NCBI RefSeq assembly: GCF_964355755.1
Contig: NC_092673.1
Coordinates: 7,874,001-7,938,000 of the forward strand
DNA length: 64,000 bases
Direction: 5' to 3'
Source of the DNA: Antedon mediterranea
Lineage: Eukaryota; Animalia; Echinodermata
Below are positions 13,401-27,990 of this stretch, piece by piece. The position numbers and the translations under genes are program-made. The stretch's first letter is position 1, and every line of letters starts with the position of its first letter. A model generated the notes under the pieces. It saw only the letters and a program-made list of their open reading frames with translations. It made no database searches and was not told the DNA's origin.

Positions 13401-16400
13401 CTTTTTGTGCCAGCTCTTGAGCTTTTTGCAAACGTTTGATCTCCATTAGTTCAGTCTGAAGACGGGCGCTGAGTGATCGCTGTTTCTTTTTTACGGCAGT
13501 GACTCCTTCCTCATTCTGGTTCTCAACATGTTTTTTCCTCTGATGCTCAAGCCATGCCATTTCTGCACGTGTCTTTTCTTTGATGGCTTTCTCTCGTAAT
13601 CTTAGAAGATCCAACTGCTGTTGGGATCGGAGTTCCTCATCTTTTAGTTGTTGACTAAGAAGCTTTGATGATAGTTTGTTAAGACTTTCTCTGTCAGGAG
13701 ATTGCTTGGTTGTTGTTGGACTCTAAAAAATGATATAATGTATTTCATGTTTTCTTTATTTTAATACAAGGTAAGTTATTTGCCGAGTGTTAAGAAAGTG
13801 GAAATGTAATATGTAGCCATAACATCGGCAAGGATTCGAGGTCCAGTGTACACATCTAGATCATGTGCACTTCAAAGAACCTAGTACATCTTTCGAGACG
13901 GGTAGGGGGAGTTACCTCAGTGTACTACTACACACACTGATCCCTTTGGGAGACCAGTCTTTGCCTGAAGAGGTTACCCAGTATAAAGAAATAATAAATA
14001 CATGTAAAAAATTTCTTTTAATATTATATGTAGTAAACTCACCTTTCTTTTCTCACCAGATGCAGCAACTTCCTTTTCTGATTTGATTGGTGTGACTTCT
14101 TCTATTGAGTTATCAGAGTGATCTTCTTCCAGCATATCAACCTCGCTAATTGTTTGATCAAAATCCTCAGAGTAACTCTCTGGTACTTCTTCTGCTATAG
14201 TTTTGCTTTCACCGGAAACATGTGCATTTACCCCAGATTCCGTAGCTATTGATGATGTCGCACTCTTTACTGTTGGTAGATCCTCAGAGATGGCATCTGA
14301 AGAGTTTGATTTAGCAGTATCGCTTGCTGTGCTTCCAAGGTGGCTTGAGATGCTAGATATTGAAGCTGATGTTTTTGAAGGACTTGGGCTGGTGGTTGAA
14401 TCCCTGCAGTAAAAATAAAAGGAATGCAACAGTTTAACAAATGATTGTCACTGTACAAAAACTAAATACTTGAAATCTAATGACTGTAGTTATTACTAAA
14501 ATCAAATTTTTTAATTTTACAGTCTTTGATTCATAAAATATACAATCAAAAGGTAAACTTATGTAACTATAAAAACTATTTTATTTCTTTATTTCATAGC
14601 ATACCACAGTGAGCAACTAACCAATTACAGGATAGATAAACTGTTTTATAATTTATCATGTTTATAAACTAAGTCTCATTTAAGTTAGGCAGTGGAGTTG
14701 AAAGAGTTACAACCCTAACAGGATTGAACGCTAAAACTTGGGATTGAAAGCAAGCAAATTAACCACCAAGCTACAGCTCCACTTCAAACAACAGGAAATT
14801 TATTAACTTCATTTATATACATTACCTGCTTTTGTGAATATCTTTCCCAGTAAAATCTTCACTGTAATCTGAACTCGCTTTATGTTTGCTTGATTCACTT
14901 GTTGAACTAAATGTTAAAATAAAAGATTTTCAAATAGTTTTTGTGGCAAACAGTAGGTAAATTTATTTATTGTCGTGTCTAAATCCACCAAAAGTTATTT
15001 TATGCCTTGGCTTATTAGCTAAGGCAATTAAGAAATTCTAAAAAGAATAGAAATAAATAAATTTACCTAGAAACAGGTTTAGATTCTCTGAAAGTAGACT
15101 TGATTTGATTTAACCACATTTCCTGCTGTGTACGTTGTTGCTCCATTGCAGCTGTGACTGCAGCTGCAGCCGCAGCTGAAGCTGTCTGTGTTGCCATCTG
15201 TCCCATATCGTAGTCACGACGTTGGGTATTTTGATCAAGAGTTGATTGTTGTGCCTGTAATTTAAACAAAAATGTTAATCAAATTAAGATAACTCAAATT
15301 TAAAAGCATCATCATAAAAAAGATTCAAATTTAGATTCAACAAACCTTATTATCTTCAAGAAGGAAATTCCTTTGTTCATGGTAGTAATCAAATTGAAAC
15401 ATTTGTAGACAAATAAAATGATTTATAGTACTGTAGTATTGTAATCTTGTTTAACAAATACACAAGAATATACAAATTGACTGTTGCCATACTACTCTGA
15501 AGTAAGAAATATGGCATACACAGTAACATTTCAATTATTATGAGTTGCTTACTTGAGCCAGCTGCTTAGCAGCTTCAGCAGTGGCTTTGGCCACTTCTGC
15601 CTGTGACTCCAGCACCTTTGAATCTGTTGCATCTTTCTTTGTCTGAGCTAGTGTTTTTTCAGCAGTCAATGTTGCATCTCTTGCCTGTTGCTTAAGCTGC
15701 TGTAACTGACGATGTGCATCATCAACTTCTTGACGTGCTTTTGATGAAAGAATCTGAAGTTCTCTTTCGTGCCCTTGCTGCCGTGTTTTCAAGATTTGAG
15801 CGATGGAGACAGACTCTTGCTGTGCAAGGGAAACGGCTCTCGTTTTCTCTAGCTCTGTTAATTGTCGATACGATTCTTCAACCGTATCTAAACGATTTAA
15901 TTCAGCTGCCATCTTGATTTCAAGAGCTGATGGAGAGAAGTAACGCTGGCTTGGAAGGAAAGCAGATGGGTATCGTCTATCAAACTGCTGGATAAATGAT
16001 AAAATATAACAATTAATATCATGCGTAGAAACAAAATGAATTAGCTTGATTTTAGCATAAGTAAAATAAAGTATTGTAGTAGTTACTTCAACCTGATGTA
16101 AAATATTTTAACATGTGAGAATGCTTATATGCAAGAATCCATTGGTAGGAATAGAACCCACTGTTTCAACTAGCAGCAACAGCACTATGAAATATCTGTA
16201 AACCATCCTTCCTGATAATATTTCTAGAGAAATTATCCTAACTTTCTTTGTGAATTTGTTTTGGGACAGCATTAATCTCTCCACTAAAGATTCATCATAC
16301 CTCATGCTCTCGTGGTCGACTATCATGACCTCTAGACTGGTAACCTATAGGTGATGACTGATCAATAACTGGTTGTGCGGTGTCTCTAGCCGACCCTCCA

Positions 16401-19400
16401 CCAATAAGTAAAGATTGTACTTGGTCAGACTTTGCCCTACTGGCTGCACTGGACAAACTCTTAGGTTGGTACACTTGGTCAACGGATTTAGAAGATTGTC
16501 CACTGGTAAGATGGTTGTCTATTGCTGCTTGCCCACGTGGTTGAGGGCGCTCCATAGCTGATCGGTCAATGTAATGATCAGATAGTTTAGAGAAGCTGCC
16601 TGCGGATGAGTGGGGCGATGAAGTCCGTGACAAAGTTGATGAAGGGCTTCTGTAAAGACAAAATTAAAATTAACCGGCTCAGCTACAGTGATTCAGTTCA
16701 CTTAGGTTGACCCTGGTCTCCCCAATTTCAGTTTTTTTTTGTTATGTATATACTCAAATAGACCAAATAAATAATAAATGAAATGAAATGAAATCATCTT
16801 ATTCCATACTGTAAATGTAAAGTTTGAGGTTTTACTAGCTTAAGATTTCCCACATTATTAAAGTTATAATCAATTCCATAAAAATAAATTAGAGTTTTAA
16901 CAGTTAAATAATTTTTGTTTTGATCACATATTTGGTCAAAGTGAATACCTATTATGCGACATTAAAATGGCTTATCCAACAACAAATTGTGAAAAATATT
17001 TCTTTAGTGGGGAGGCCAAAATATCTTATTATCATCTTGTGAATGAATTGGGAGGAATTCATGCAATTTTATTTGTTTATTTTCTTAGTCCATAGTAAAA
17101 ACTAAAACTGATGGCATTTGAATGTAAACAAGTTAAGGGGCCACAGTTGACAGAAAACAATTTTATTTATTTTTTTATATTTTGCTGTAATCTACCCTTT
17201 AGGCATATTTCTGTTAAATTGCAAGACATACCCTTTAGAAGACCTTGGACTGCCACGATATTCCTCATCACTATGATTACCACTCAGTGCCTTCTTGAGG
17301 CCTGATGATTGGATTGGACTACTGTAGGTGCTATTTGACACAGGCTGTGAAAATAAAGCAAAATAAAAACAATTTATATCGTATTAAAAAGCAAAAATTA
17401 TCAATATTTCATCACATACTGTTGAATTGAAGCTAGTGGTTAGGATTCTTGACATCAAATTTGTTAAAACACTAACAAAACAAAAAATGTTCATCTTATA
17501 TATTTTTGTGAAATACTAAATCAGTTCAATAGATAGGATGTTGGTCCTGGTGGCAAGAAAATGGCATTTTCCACAGACTATTTAGGTTTTCCTTATAGCA
17601 GTCAAATGTAAAAAAATGTAAATGTATTTATTTTGGTCCTCAAGCTTAACTGGAAACTGAGGAAACTTGGATTAGGCCCTTCACAGACCACGGCAGCCAG
17701 CAGTGCAGCGCCTACCAGGTCATATCAGTCCAGTTACTGAAAACATCTTACTCAACAATACCTTTTCTAGTGAAGGTCCAACACTGTGTGAACTGCCCAG
17801 CACATCACTGATTTGACTTGTGGTACTGCCACCAGGTGGTGAGGTCTGCAAGCGAGATTCTTTAGACATTGGTGAGCCTCGACTTCCAACATTCTCTTTC
17901 TTTTCAGATATAGAGCCTTGAGACAGGCTCTCGCTGGTGAAATCGTCTTCATAAACAGGTGATTTACTTGGCAACCATCGAAAATCATCTTCATGCTTTG
18001 GTGACTTACGTGATAGCCTTGTTGAATATTGTTCAGAAGAATCTTTAAAAAAATAGTATTATTGTTTTTTTTGGAACAAATACTTTAATTAAAATGGGCT
18101 AATTATTATTACTAGCTAACAAGAAGTGTACAGTATTTGTATGTATACAGACTAGGACTAACAAATATTGGTGTTGTTACACTAAAGTAGATCATTTTCA
18201 TCATACCTCATTTTATTAACAATTACAACAGTGGCCACACCTCATTATGGAACAGGTATGAACGACAAATAGCCATACATTTTCAAAAGTACATTAGAAA
18301 TAAAAAGGGTGAAAGAACTAAAACAGTGAAAATATGTGTAAACTGCTACTTTCAAATCCATCTAGTGGTAAAATGCACATTGAGCGTAAAATTGTACAAC
18401 TGTGTTTATATTATGATATGTTTACAATACCTTGAGTGAGTGACTTGAGACGACGTGTGTAAATGTCTATCACACTGTGTCCATCGTCAGAGATGTTGAG
18501 TGCGCTGTGTCCTAACGTGTGTGGTCTTGAAGTGTATGCATGAGACTGGCTATAAGATGGACTCTTCTTGTACAAATCAGATTTCTGTAAACAATTTGAT
18601 ATATATCATTAGTACATCATTGGTACATATAATAAGCTAAAATATGATACACAAACTTATTAAATAAAAGATGGATCAAATTGTATAATATTTTCTTACT
18701 GCCAATTTATTTTTTTCATCCTTTTCAACTTACTTTTGGATCTTGTTGATCATATCGGCTATAACGACTTTGCCAACTTTGATATTCTTTATGTGCTGAT
18801 GTCTTAGGAGTCTTCTCTTTCTTTTTCCCAGAGTACTGCAGATTATTTGAATGTGGAAGATCCTAAAAAACAGTGATTGGAATAGTACCTTGTCTACATG
18901 AATTGAAATATTTTATTTACACTGGACAACCTCTTCAGGGGGCCCACTTATGTGGCTGTGATGTATTAGTACACCGGGGTAACCCTCATCTCATCTCAAA
19001 AGATATACTAGGTTCATTAAAGCGCCCATGAGCTAGATGTGTACACTGGACCTTATATGGAGGTTTATAGTCCTTATCTGAGAAGACTCGTTCTACCACC
19101 AGAACCATGGAGTGAGTGAGCCTCGAACCCTTGCCGATGTTATGGCTACGTAATTACGGTTTCACTGTCTTAGCCGCTCGGCCACTCACTCACTAGCAGT
19201 ACTGCATCAATAGTACAGTATTAGAAAGAATCAGGATTATCCACTTTTCTCAAAAAGAATCTCACTCTGTGGTTTGCAAAAGTAATCTCGAAAAGAAGCA
19301 CATCTAAAAATTACACAAACCAACAGTGGGAGGTCTACTGGGCTTCTTTTCAAGATCGACTGTATTTGAATGTCAAGGAATAGAAATGTATGATTGTGTT

Positions 19401-22400
19401 ATATCACTAATAATGACCTTACAATCCTTAATTATTTCAATTGCCATTATAAAAACATTTTAAGACACAATAACAGGCCTTGTCTACACTATCAAACTAT
19501 ATGTGACAAAAAACAGATGTGCCCATATATGGACAAACCAAATTTGACTATATCACTACCATATTTGAACACATTTTTTTTCAAACTAGTTTGATAGTGT
19601 AGACAGAGCTTTAAAAAGGTAAAATGGAATACTCATTTCGCATTTTCATTACTAATAGACTTACCTTGTATTCAGAGGGTGGCTCATCATCATCCAGGCC
19701 AATATCTTCAACATTGAAGTCCTCAGAGTTTTTATCTGACAACCAAGAGTTAAGCTTTTGACGTACAGAATGTCCACGGTAAACTGCTTGGATGCGAGTA
19801 GCTGCATCAGTTTCTATTGAAAATTGCTCAGCTTTCTTTGCACCTACTTTTAGGTTTGACATTCCTGAGATAAAATATGAAAATTATCATTAATTCATAA
19901 CAATTATGGTTAACACACGCTTTAATTATGAATTTTTCTTAAATTTTCTTCTTTGCCGTTTGACATCGTGCATCTCACTTGTTTTTGCCACTCTGTACAT
20001 TTTGAGGAAGCATGTGTATACAATTACTATTATTTTAAAGTGAATACGATAAAATGACACTAAAATTATTATGTAATAGTGGTGCAACTTACCAGGTAAA
20101 TTACCCGAAAATTCACTGCGATATGTTTCACCAACAATTTGCTCATGTCTTGTTCGTAAGTCATTATTATCCGGCCTGTTAAATTGTGATTTATCCTCTG
20201 ATTCAAAAATTGATGCTTTATATGGAGAATTAGAAGGTATTTGCCAGTCTGTATACCCAGCTTTACGACTAGCATCATCTTTAAATTCTAACCGCCTAGA
20301 TGCTGTACTGGGATTAGTCTTTGAACGCCAGTCTTGCGTAGGAAGTGCACCGTATGACGTATAACCAGGTCTGGAGTCTACATTCAAGGTCAGACTAGGT
20401 TCTGCAGCGTAACTTGAAGTACTTGTTGGGTAGGCCCACCGTGATGTAGGTACATTCACTGCAGGGTTTGCAGTATTAGCATCTGAATTGTCAAAGTGTG
20501 ATGTAAAGCGGCGGGTTTCTTTCTCCAGCCTGCCTTGTAGAGCTGCTGCCGTTGCCTTTAAAGACTCTATACGCATGGAATGACTTGGTGCTTTACCTCT
20601 TTCTTTAGGTGTAAAAAAGTGTAACAAAAATCAACATTATTGGCTGCTTTATGTTATTCTTGCAACTTATTTGTATAATAAATGAAAAGATGTTTTTATT
20701 ATTATTACACACTTGCACTGAGGAAGGTTTAGTGTTAGCCCAAAGCTCTGCAACTTTTATGGCTGTTTTAATTTATCGTTTTGATTTAGATTTTTGCTTA
20801 TTTTTTTTAATATCTCCATTGAGATTCAGCTACTGATAACCACAGCGTTATCATTTTTTTAGTAACTTGCCTTTAAATTTAATATAATCAATTTATTGAT
20901 TCAGCGATCCTTTAACATAAATATTGAAAACTAATGTAATGAAAACGAAACATGCAATTAAAGAGGATAGAATATAAATGTATTACTTTTTTATTTAGGC
21001 CTATTTAATAGTGATTTTGTATAGTACATGTACTAACCATTATGAGGGTACAGCGCTACATTCGTTGATACATGGTAATTCGAAGAGGGATTTGCTTGAG
21101 TGGATACTGTCAGGCTAGTTGGACGGCTTATTGTGGTAGCAGTAGCTGTAGCAGTTGTAAATAGTGATGTCTGTTGCTTTGGAAGGTCATTTGTAATTAT
21201 ACCAAGTAGGTCAAGTCTGAGAAAAAATACATTGTTTATAAAAATTACATATGATTGACTGACTAAAACTGCATCTGGCCAAAGGCGGTCTTTATTCTGA
21301 GGGAGATGTGTCTAGTCAATTCTCCTAACAACCAGGGTCTCTGAAAACTGGAAAACATAAAACCAGTATTTTATTTATTAAGATCCCAAATCCATCAATA
21401 CGATTAAAATTTCATTTGGAAAACAAAACATTTGGCTAGCCTAGCAAATATTATTTGCTGGACGTCTGGGTCAGAAATGAGGAATACTTAATAATAGGGG
21501 CACTAAAGAATGGTCATAGATCAAATATGTTGTATCAGCACTTTTAATGTTTTTCTTTTTAGTTGAGAGAGATTATTTAGAGGGTTAGGTCCGGTTATAT
21601 TTAGCAAGGTCAGCTATCTAGTAATTCTTTCATATGTAGGTGTCCAGTAGTTGGCTTATATGATACAGAGATAATGAATTTCAATATAGATGCTACCTTC
21701 TGGATGTAACACCTGGAAATGAATGCTGTGTATCACTACTACTTGAAGGACTCCATGCATTTTTATTTTCCTTGTCTGAACCACTCATCTCTGTAACAAT
21801 CTAAATGTGAAAACATTGCAGAAATTAATGTGTGTGCCTGTAGTGTAAAGCTATGTCTACACTATTAAACTAGTTCAGCAAAAAAATGTGATGTGCCCGA
21901 ATATGGTAGTGATATGCCCAAATAGTGATAGTGACATCATCATGTCCATATATGGGCACATCACATTTTTTTTCACATGTAGACAGAGCTTTATACATGT
22001 ATCTAGTTATTTCTAGCCAAAGTTTGATTCTAGTAATGAAGTATAGGTAAGGCATGATATGTGTGCCAAAATGCTTTCCCTTTTTTAGGAATATTAATAA
22101 GAATCACAGTCTAGAACCTAGACTAATGATAGGGAGAACCTAGACTAATGATAGGGAGAACCTAGACTAATGATAGGGAGAACCTAGACTAATGATAGGG
22201 AGAACCTAGACTAATGATAGGGAGAACCTAGACTAATGATAGGGAGAACCTAGACTAATGACAGGGAGAACCTAGACTAATGATAGGGAGAACCTAGACT
22301 AATGACAGGGAGAACCTAGACTAATGATAGGGAGAACCTAGACTAATGATAGGGAGAACCTAGACTAATGATAGGGAGAACCTAGACTAATGATAGGGAG

Positions 22401-25400
22401 AACCTAGACTAATGATAGGGAGAACCTAGACTAATGATAGGGAGAACCTAGACTAATGATAGGGAGAACCTAGACTAATGATAGGGAGAACCTAGACTAA
22501 TGACAGGGAGAACCTAGACTAATGATAGGGAGAACCTAGACTAATGATAGGGAGAACCTAGACTAATGATAGGGAGAACCTAGACTAATGATAGGGAGAA
22601 CCTAGACTAATGATAGGGAGAACCTAGACTAATGATAGGGAGAACCTAGACTAATGATAGGGAGAACCTAGACTAATGATAGGGAGAACCTAGACTAATG
22701 ATAGGGAGAACCTAGACTAATGATAGGGAGAACCTAGACTAATGATAGGGAGAACCTAGACTAATGATAGGGAGAACCTAGACTAATGATAGGGAGAACC
22801 TAGACTAATGATAGGGAGAACCTAGACTAATGATAGGGAGAACCTAGACTAATGATAGGGAGAACCTAGACTAATGATAGGGAGAACCTAGACTAATGAT
22901 AGGGAGAACCTAGACTAATGATAGGGAGAACCTAGACTAATGATAGGGATAAACATCAAACAACTTTATCAAATGTTATTGTTAGTATTCCCAAAATGTG
23001 AACATCTTAAATTTGCAAGAACTAAAGAACGTAGTATAAAACTGACAAATAACGAGAGAAAAGCCATGATTCGATTGAAACATCAAATCATGTTATTTAA
23101 ATATAATCAGTGTTGGTTTTTAGAAAGGAAAAAAGATTCATATAAAATGTATAAGATATAAACTGAAATCAATTTACTAGATTGTACACTGTACACAAGT
23201 TGTTCATAGTCTAGTTTCTTTTTATAAACAAGATTATTGTATCATGTTTGTCAATTAGTCAGTCAGTGGTTAAACTAAATTGACTATATAGATATTAGTG
23301 CTAAAAAGAATGTACAATTGCAATCATTACCTGTGTATGACTTGGTTTGGTCTCTGTAAGGTAAGTCTGATCCAGTCGGGGTTGTAACACACGACCACCA
23401 GTTGGCTTAGTTTTAAAACTTTCAAGTCGTTTCCGGTCTATTGCATCCAGTTGCTCTTGCTTTTTCTTTTCGGCTAAGTTTTTCTTTTCTTTTTCCTCTT
23501 TCTCCCTTTTCTTTCTCTCTGCTTTTTGCTTTGCCATATACTGCCGCACCTCACTTGTGTCGTAACTACGTATCTTCGGTACATCATACGGATCAGTAGA
23601 TTTTTTACTTTGTGAAGTTTTCGACTTGCGACTTTTTCGGCTTTTCTTGGTTGGTTGACTTGTGTGAAATGTTGTTTGATCTCTTGTACCATCATTTAAT
23701 TTTGTCATCTCTTCTTCATCAGACTCCAAATGGAGGTCCTTCAAAACATCCTTGGCATCTGTCGGTAAATGTGTGGCAGTATCTTTGTCATCATCTGATT
23801 CAATTGGATGATCAGATATGTCAGCATCTTCGATATCATTTTTTTCTGTGTCATGCTCAAATTCTGAATGTTTATGTTTTGAATCAGTGGCAGAATGTGC
23901 GGTGCTTACTTTGCGTAATTTAGGAGCTGGTCCGAGAACCTTTATTGCAGTTTTGTGGCTATCACGCCACGCATTAACCGAAACACTACCATGTTTCTCA
24001 GGCTTGGATACTTTAATATCGCCTTTGAGGTGATGTACTTTGCGAACAGGTTTCCTACTTGATTTTTTAGGGTCTCCATGAGCACGTTTGCGTACCATAC
24101 TTCCAGTTGAAGGTCTTCCATATGTGCCAATTTCTACCACATTCCTATGACTTTCTATGTCTGCTTTATTATTAGTACCTGTTGTTTTATTTAATTTCGT
24201 TGTTCTTTTTCTGTCTGGACCATTGCTCTTTGTGGAACGTTGTCTTCCACTAACAATACTACCATCAGGAAGAGCATATCTTGATTCTGCTGCACTGAAT
24301 CCTTTATATGATGGTGGAGGAGGAGCTGCAGCGACCTTCCTGACAGTTAACCTTGAAGATGATTCCTTTGGCCAATCATAGCCATAATTATCCGAGGTAA
24401 GCACTGGATCTACTTCATGATGATGGTGCCTAGGATTATTAAAATCGTTAGTCCTACTTCCATTTAAAAATTCTTCTTTCTGTTCTTGTATTCGTGATCT
24501 TAGTTTGTCAAGGCTATTAAATTCTGCATTTATACTGCCATTCTGAATTTCTCTTGACTTCTTTAAATCATTTTTTCGAGACCCATACAGTTTCTCGTAA
24601 GTGGATGTATATCCAACAGTGTGTGGAGGAACTGGTTCATTTAGGTAAAGCATCTTAGTTGGTGTCCGAACAGTAGTAAAGCTTTGATTGGCTGAGCCTG
24701 AATTGTTCTGCTGAAGGAAGGATCTTTCCCCAATGGGTGAGCGAGTTCCAGATGGGGAGGTAAGCGGACTTCGATAAGTGCCATTACTAAGGCCAATCTT
24801 CCGCCAATCTCTACTTGGTGATTCTTCTATAAAGTACAACATTATTTGCCAAATTAATGCTTGGTTGGAATAGCATCAGTAAAACATGTTTACAACATAT
24901 ATCTGCACATTTTTGTACCACCATATTTTTACTAAGGGCACATATTAGGATGCAAAGGAAAGCAAAATTTACCATTTCACTCTCCACACAAAAAAATGGT
25001 GGTGTGAATAAACAACAAAAAATTAAATTAAAATTAATTTTCATACCTTGTATTGTTACTCGTTTATTTTTATTCCTACCATTGTACTTGTCAGCTATTG
25101 TGTTCTAAATAAAAATAAATTATTAATTTAATTATTAATTAAGTTAGTAATTAAAAGATGGAAATCCATCGTTGGTATTATTTTTTTCCACTTTATAATT
25201 GATGCAAGTTCATGGTTAGGTAAATTACTCAGTAACATTTAAGTGGATTACTTCTTTATGGCAGAAAGGGGCAGCTTATTAAAAAGGAGATTAAAAAAAG
25301 AAAAAGAAAACTAGTCATAAACGAGTGGATTTGATTAGAAGACAAATAACTCTTCATCATGCTTGCTTACCTGTATTGGAGGGGGCGAGTGTAGTTGCCA

Positions 25401-27851
25401 TTTTGGCACCCTATCAACTGGAACCCTTGTTTCTGACCTACTATCATTCATGATGGTGGAATCCATTGCAGTCAGAGTCCCATATGGACCTTCAGCCTCA
25501 TTTAGCCTTGCTTCAGCTCTTTCAAGCTACAGTCAACACAACAAAAAAATTAATTTTCCTCTTAATAAAAAGGTAAAATTAACTAATTAAGTTGTTGCCA
25601 ATTCTTGATAAAACTCAGTGGCATAACGCAGAGGCTTGAGGCCCTTGGTTTAAGAATCCTCAGTGGTGCCCCCCCCCCCCCCCAATGCTGGTGGCCTCAG
25701 GCGTTTTCAGCCTTTTTCGACATATTTTAATGCACTGTTTTTCCTCTAGGCACTGCTCAGGGGCCCCCAATAAGTTCCAGGGCCCCTGGGTATAGCCAGT
25801 GAGCGTTCATAGCTGTTACGCCACTGCAAACAATACACCGATTGTTTGAATTTCTAATGATCAGAAAGTCCTTTTATGAATTACGAAATCTCTTGATTAA
25901 TTGGGGCCCCAATTACAGTAGGCTGTGTCTGGGCAAAATATCACTATCACTATCAAAAACTATAAGAACAATTTTGAAATAATTTTAAAATACTTACAGC
26001 ATGTTTGGCCCTGTCAACACTTTCCCATGCTGAGTTCAGTTCTACAAATAAATAACAATGAGTTATATTTAACAGTAACATGCACGATACAGTACAGATT
26101 AAGAATGCAAACTATTATTCAAAATTGGAAAAAAAAATATTCTAGGATGACCATCTCTAGAGTATCTAATGTATTAACACTCCGCTACCTATCTCTACCC
26201 TTACCTAGTAAACTAACTGTACAGTGGCCTATTACTCCAAGAGAACAACTCTCCAAAAATTACTGTACCCCCTGGATAATACCACCCAGAACAACTACTC
26301 GGATTAACTACAGTACTGCACCCCAAATGCTTAACTAAAAACTAAGGTTAGTCCTTTGAGGATACTGTTCTGTCGATAATTATCAAGGGAGATGTCCGGA
26401 TGCTTACTGTACACTAAATATTAAGAATCGTATTCAATGCTAATTAGAAAACCAATACTATAGAATATTCAACAGGTTTCAATACAGTAGAATGTAAATA
26501 CTGAATAACAAAAATCAAATTGGTACAGTAAAGTGTAAAACTAAATATATAAAACAAATATTGCATATTAAAATTGCATATCAAAAAGTTTAAAAAGTCG
26601 TCAACATCAGGCAATCGGTAACCTTATAAAAGTTAACTGTGGTCTTGGTTGTGAACTTATAAATTGGCAGCTGACTCAGTCAGTTGACCCATATTGTCAT
26701 GTGAGTCAGCCAGTTTTAACTGCCATTATTTGTGTCTTTTTATTTTCCACTACAGTAATTTAATTCATAACTTTTTAGTTAGTCAGTATTAAAACTGTTC
26801 TTCACTAACAGTACACTATAAAGACTGTGTATTTCCAAAATCCAAAATCTTATAAAATAAATCAAACTTTGAATAGGTCATATTTTGTACTGTTATTCTT
26901 AATTAAAGTCATTAAATTTTGCCAAGAAAAAACAAATTCAATTTATCTTTAAATTACGATTTTAAAAGTTTTTTTTTAAAGTCTAATATTTGGTCAAAGT
27001 GAATATTCAACAAAAAGCTAAGCTATTGAATTTAGGCCTATATAAATCTATGTGATTTGTGATATGCTACAGTACAGTAGTTTTTTCTGTCCAATATTAA
27101 ACTGATAAAAATTTATTTTTCATAGAACTACTAATGTATACAGGATGTGTGCAATATAAAATAAATTAATTTCAAATTAGTTGTCATGTTGAATAAAAAC
27201 AAAATAGTTATAAGTTTATATTTGAATTTAATTTTCTATTCTCAATTAAAAAAATTGAAAACATTTATTATTCCATATGCATAAAACAGTAAAAAAAATT
27301 GAAATTTGTTGTTTGAATGATACACTACTTTAAGCTCTGTCTACACTATCAAACTTGTTTGACAAAAAATGTGTGATGTGCCCAAATATGATAGCGATAT
27401 GCCCAAATATGGTAGTGATACAGTATGACATCATTGTGTCCATACAGTATATAATATGGGCACATCACATTTTTTTTATCACATAAAGTTTGATAGTGTA
27501 GACAGAGCTTACTTACGTACACAAGTACAGAATAATTTTTAAAAATATAAATATATACAGTATACAATATACAGTCATTTACTTATTTACCACTAACCCA
27601 TATTTTGCTAGATTACTGTTGTTAATATAAAATAACACAAAACAATTGATAAAAAATCAAATGTATCTTGATTGCTTGACACTGTCAATGTTGATATCAA
27701 CTATCATACTGTTAAATTATCAACCACCAACATTACAGATTATGATTTAATTAGGAATTTGGTTACCTCTTAATGAAGACCCTGATGATGATCCCCTTGG
27801 CAATACAAGCACTGGTTCTTGTACAGGTCTCAGGTGTATACTACCAGACAT
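7959..27851 (-). CDS. CEP350: Centrosome-associated protein 350 (CEP350/CAP350)-like, 24 coding exons, about 3030 aa
   Basis: Exons (minus strand): 27851-27767, 26041-25998, 25526-25371, 25104-25047, 24826-23331, 21800-21697, 21216-21038, 20602-20093, 19864-19665, 18862-18734, 18584-18431, 18042-17762, 17344-17232, 16649-16301, 15987-15553, 15254-15067, 14906-14826, 14403-14043, 13722-13106, 12805-12476, 11970-11723, 11204-11044, 10900-10624, 10495-7959. All introns are GT-AG, phases join and the sum is 9093 nt. CEP350-type motifs: ELNSAWESV..ALERAEARL, VRKVAAAPPPPSYKGF, SGSDKENK, MAAELNRL..SLAQQESVSIAQILK, LLRLREKAIKEKTRAEMAWLEHQ, ETASDQSDVEGRLRAL, C-terminal DHVDEILIQELREEEPEWVNYDDDEVTVKMQLADGI. 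Confidence 0.9.
11245..11450 (+). repeat. Interspersed repeat containing a tRNA-Asp-like remnant (about 11385-11445); not a functional tRNA
   Basis: tggttaggacatctgc-atatcaa-gcagg..ccgag-ttcgagt-ctcgg forms anticodon and T arms, but the acceptor and D stems are broken. The left part (tatctccattgagat..) recurs at about 20810-20875. Confidence 0.5.
13106..13722 (-). CDS. CEP350: CEP350 coiled-coil exon
   Basis: LLRLREKAIKEKTRAEMAWLEHQRKK motif; flanked by ttttag and GTAAG. Confidence 0.88.
13780..13998 (+). mobile_element. tRNA-derived SINE (internally deleted copy)
   Basis: A-box gccgagtgttaa, B-box ggattcgag; core gtgtacacatctag..aagaacctagt shared with 18905-19190. Confidence 0.7.
15553..15987 (-). 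CDS. CEP350: CEP350 coiled-coil exon
   Basis: FSPSALEIKMAAELNRLDTVEESYRQL..SLAQQESVSIAQILK; NAGNAG (CAGCAG) acceptor; GTAAGC donor. Confidence 0.88.
18905..19190 (-). mobile_element. tRNA-derived SINE
   Basis: Minus strand reads gtggccgagcggctaagac..gggttcgaggct head; same core and A-rich tail as 13780-13998. Confidence 0.75.
19477..19613. mobile_element. Palindromic MITE copy
   Basis: tgtctacactatcaaac..gtttgatagtgtagacagagc. Confidence 0.85.
19665..19864 (-). CDS. CEP350: CEP350 exon with IQ calmodulin-binding motif
   Basis: AATRIQAVYRGHSVRQ fits the IQxxxRGxxxR pattern. Confidence 0.8.
21846..21993. mobile_element. Palindromic MITE copy
   Basis: taaagctatgtctacactattaaac..tgtagacagagcttta. 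Confidence 0.85.
22113..22949. repeat. 22-bp minisatellite (AGAACCTAGACTAATGATAGGG) x about 38, in a CEP350 intron
   Basis: Directly visible head-to-tail array; three units carry a T>C variant (gacaggg). Confidence 0.97.
23331..24826 (-). CDS. CEP350: CEP350 large N-terminal exon
   Basis: 513-aa ORF containing VRKVAAAPPPPSYKGFS and RSYDTSEVRQYMAKQKAERK; splice sites in phase with neighbouring exons. Confidence 0.88.
25616..25826. mobile_element. hAT-like MITE (CAGTGGCATAAC..GTTACGCCACTG)
   Basis: Short TIRs; related to 35566-35692. Confidence 0.7.
27331..27511. mobile_element. Palindromic MITE copy (full length)
   Basis: taagctctgtctacactatcaaact..agtttgatagtgtagacagagctta forms a perfect TIR. 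Confidence 0.9.
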
Positions 27852-27990
27852 TATAGAGCAAAGTTACTAAACAAATAAAAAACACATTTAATTAGTGGTA
27901 AGTACTACTGTGTACGTAGCCTGAAGTACATAATGTACAAACTTTCTTTAAGAAGAAGTTTTTTATTATAGGATAAGAAAAAAAAACAGG

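Noticed and set aside
22113-22949. CRISPR-like regular array
   Set aside because: Units are head-to-tail with no unique spacers, inside a eukaryotic intron, with no cas genes.
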